From Alphaproteobacteria bacterium (GTDB lineage Bacteria > Pseudomonadota > Alphaproteobacteria > UBA6615), in contig JABJAG010000076.1 of the NCBI GenBank assembly GCA_018666195.1, positions 1 to 48,015 on the forward strand: a stretch of 48,015 bases of DNA. Direction: 5' to 3'. The translations under genes were made by a program, and so were the position numbers. Below are positions 46,885 through 48,015 of the stretch, piece by piece; position 1 is the stretch's first letter, and every line of letters starts with the position of its first letter. Below the pieces are notes generated by a model, which searched no databases, was not told where the DNA came from, and saw only the letters and a program-made list of their open reading frames with translations.

Positions 46885-47409
46885 TTAGCCCTTCTTCATG
46901 TCCTGAGGTCGGACAAAGTGGGTCAGAAGTCCACCGAGGGCGGACATGGTGCGCCAGGAATCGCCATTCAACTCAATGACGGCTAATCCGGCTGGCGGCA
47001 CGCCGAGACGAAGATCGCCGACAGCTTTCTGTTTGGAGCCAGGTCCCGACATCAGGCGGGCAAGAGATTCGAGCCCGGGATTGTGACCGAGTATCAGCGC
47101 TGTTTCGATATCATCGCTGAGTTTTTCGATCTGCGAGAGCAGGGCACCCGGTGAAGCCAGATACAAGTCAGCCAGCAGTTGTGCAGGTGCGCTTTCCAGC
47201 ATGCATTTGTCGAGGATTTCCCAAGTCTGGGATGTCCGGCGGGCTTCCGATATCAGGCCCACATCAGGTGCGAATGCCTGCGCGACAATCCAACTGCCGA
47301 TCGTCTTGCTGTCTGCCTGCCCCTGTGGGGTGAGAAAGCGATCAAAGTCATTCTGTTCGTCACCATCCCAGCCGGCTTGTCCGTGACGCATTAACAGTAG
47401 ACGCTTCAT
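46885..47409 (-). CDS. sixA: histidine phosphatase family protein, SixA-like
   Basis: 174 aa, with MKRLLLMRHGQA (RHG motif), SEARRTSQT and LILGHNPG. Confidence 0.8.
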   Translation of the reverse strand: MKRLLLMRHGQAGWDGDEQNDFDRFLTPQGQADSKTIGSWIVAQAFAPDVGLISEARRTSQTWEILDKCMLESAPAQLLADLYLASPGALLSQIEKLSDDIETALILGHNPGLESLARLMSGPGSKQKAVGDLRLGVPPAGLAVIELNGDSWRTMSALGGLLTHFVRPQDMKKG

Positions 47410-47547
47410 GACTTGATCTCGCTCTGAATGGCGGTTTTACGGGGTTGTGAGGGTGCATAGCCTATGTACTTTGCGCAACCCGTAACGCGCCCGAATGACA
47501 GATATCTTACTTGGCTCAATTTTATTCTGCTGCAGTGCAAAAAGAGC

Positions 47548-47576
47548 GTTGACAGCTTGCAAGCTAACTCTATATC
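47548..47576 (+). promoter_or_regulatory. rRNA operon promoter P1 candidate
   Basis: TTGACA (47549-47554), 16 nt, then TATATC (47571-47576), also readable as CTATAT at 47570-47575. An A/T-rich UP-like stretch (ATTTTATT...AAAAAGAG) lies upstream. Confidence 0.55.
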
Positions 47577-47675
47577 AACGCGCTTCCGATGTGACTGATT
47601 CGTGGCACCAGAGTGCTGCAGTCGGAAAGGTCGGAACAGGGTTGTAAAAAACCTCCAATTAAGTTGAAAAAGCAT

Positions 47676-47704
47676 TTGACTTGATTGGGGTGTGGTCGTA
47701 CAAC
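47676..47704 (+). promoter_or_regulatory. rRNA operon promoter P2 candidate
   Basis: TTGACT (47676-47681), 17 nt, then TACAAC (47699-47704). An A-rich stretch (GTTGAAAAAGCA) lies upstream and a GC-rich discriminator (CCGCCCTCGCCGCCC) lies downstream. Confidence 0.5.
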
Positions 47705-47804
47705 CCGCCCTCGCCGCCCAGTAAGGGTCTTAGGTCCCAGTTGGGCGGCTCTGCAAAATGCCGAATTATTTCGCGCCCTGAGTTTTGGAGCGATAGGCAT
47801 TTGC

Positions 47805-47817
47805 GCTGTTGGACATT
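47805..47817 (+). promoter_or_regulatory. boxA-like antitermination element candidate in the rRNA leader
   Basis: GCTGTTGGACATT compared with E. coli boxA GCTCTTTAACAAT. It matches at 9 of 13 positions, by eye. Confidence 0.25.
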
Positions 47818-47989
47818 GTGAATACCTGAAAGAAGGGATGCGCAGGCGGCGGTCCGTGATAATACACGTTCGCTTGCACGCGCATTCTTGGAATGTAAAC
47901 GAGGTACATTAATTTGTGCCTCGCTTGTGCTAAGTAGACGCTTCTAGTCAACCCGACCAATGAACCGTTGTTCAGCGGATCGGGGAGGT

Positions 47990-48015
47990 CAACTTGAGAG
48001 TTTGATCCTGGCTCA
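47990..48015 (+). rRNA. rrs: 16S rRNA gene, 5' end only (runs off the window)
   Basis: CAACTTGAGAGTTTGATCCTGGCTCA is the universal 16S 5' terminus and includes the 27F primer site AGAGTTTGATCCTGGCTCA. Confidence 0.9.

Noticed and set aside
1-48015. A search for CRISPR arrays, IS elements or transposases, integrases, prophage genes, toxin-antitoxin pairs and defence-system hallmarks.
   Set aside because: I recognised none. The only exact repeat found by eye is the 38-bp tandem duplication. Gene content is overwhelmingly housekeeping, so I do not claim a novel system here.

Overview
This 48-kb window looks like an ordinary chromosomal core region of a moderately GC-rich, alphaproteobacterium-like genome. 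That reading rests on RNase E architecture, a NadQ-type regulator and CTTGAC/CTATAT-type promoters; I did not compute GC content. It is densely packed with about 46 protein genes, almost all housekeeping.

Gene content, left to right:
- M48 protease (truncated by the window edge), a GGT-like lipoprotein and an aminotransferase.
- RNase E, then the AmiC-type amidase and PBP1A.
- prfB with its programmed +1 frameshift.
- A tightly coupled glnE-bcp-DUF455-EamA string.
- A YhdP/AsmA-like envelope protein, tyrS and anmK.
- A roughly 10.7-kb same-strand Fe-S/cysteine supercluster: cysE-iscR-nifS-iscS-sufBCDS-sufU-sufT-sufA-fdx-tenA.
- mnmA, an esterase, RidA and a DMT transporter.
- tRNA-Met(CAU).
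- A small accessory-looking module: secreted hydrolase, bicupin, UxaA-family dehydratase, SDR.
- nadC-nadA-nadQ.
- A haloalkane dehalogenase interrupted by an in-frame TAA.
- A SixA-like phosphatase.
- A tandem-promoter rRNA leader running into the first 26 nt of a 16S rRNA gene.

I found no transposases, integrases, CRISPR arrays, toxin-antitoxin pairs or defence-island hallmarks, and I do not see convincing evidence for a wholly new system.

The observations most worth a second look are:
- A perfect 38-bp tandem duplication straddling the convergent SDR/nadC stop codons.
- The nonsense-interrupted but otherwise intact dehalogenase.
- A GGT homologue lacking the Thr nucleophile.
- The DUF455 diiron protein, which is translationally coupled to a peroxiredoxin and an exporter.
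- The three-desulfurase Fe-S supercluster.
- The charge-patterned, GWW-terminated RNase E tail.

All start-codon choices, promoters and hairpins are by-eye calls.
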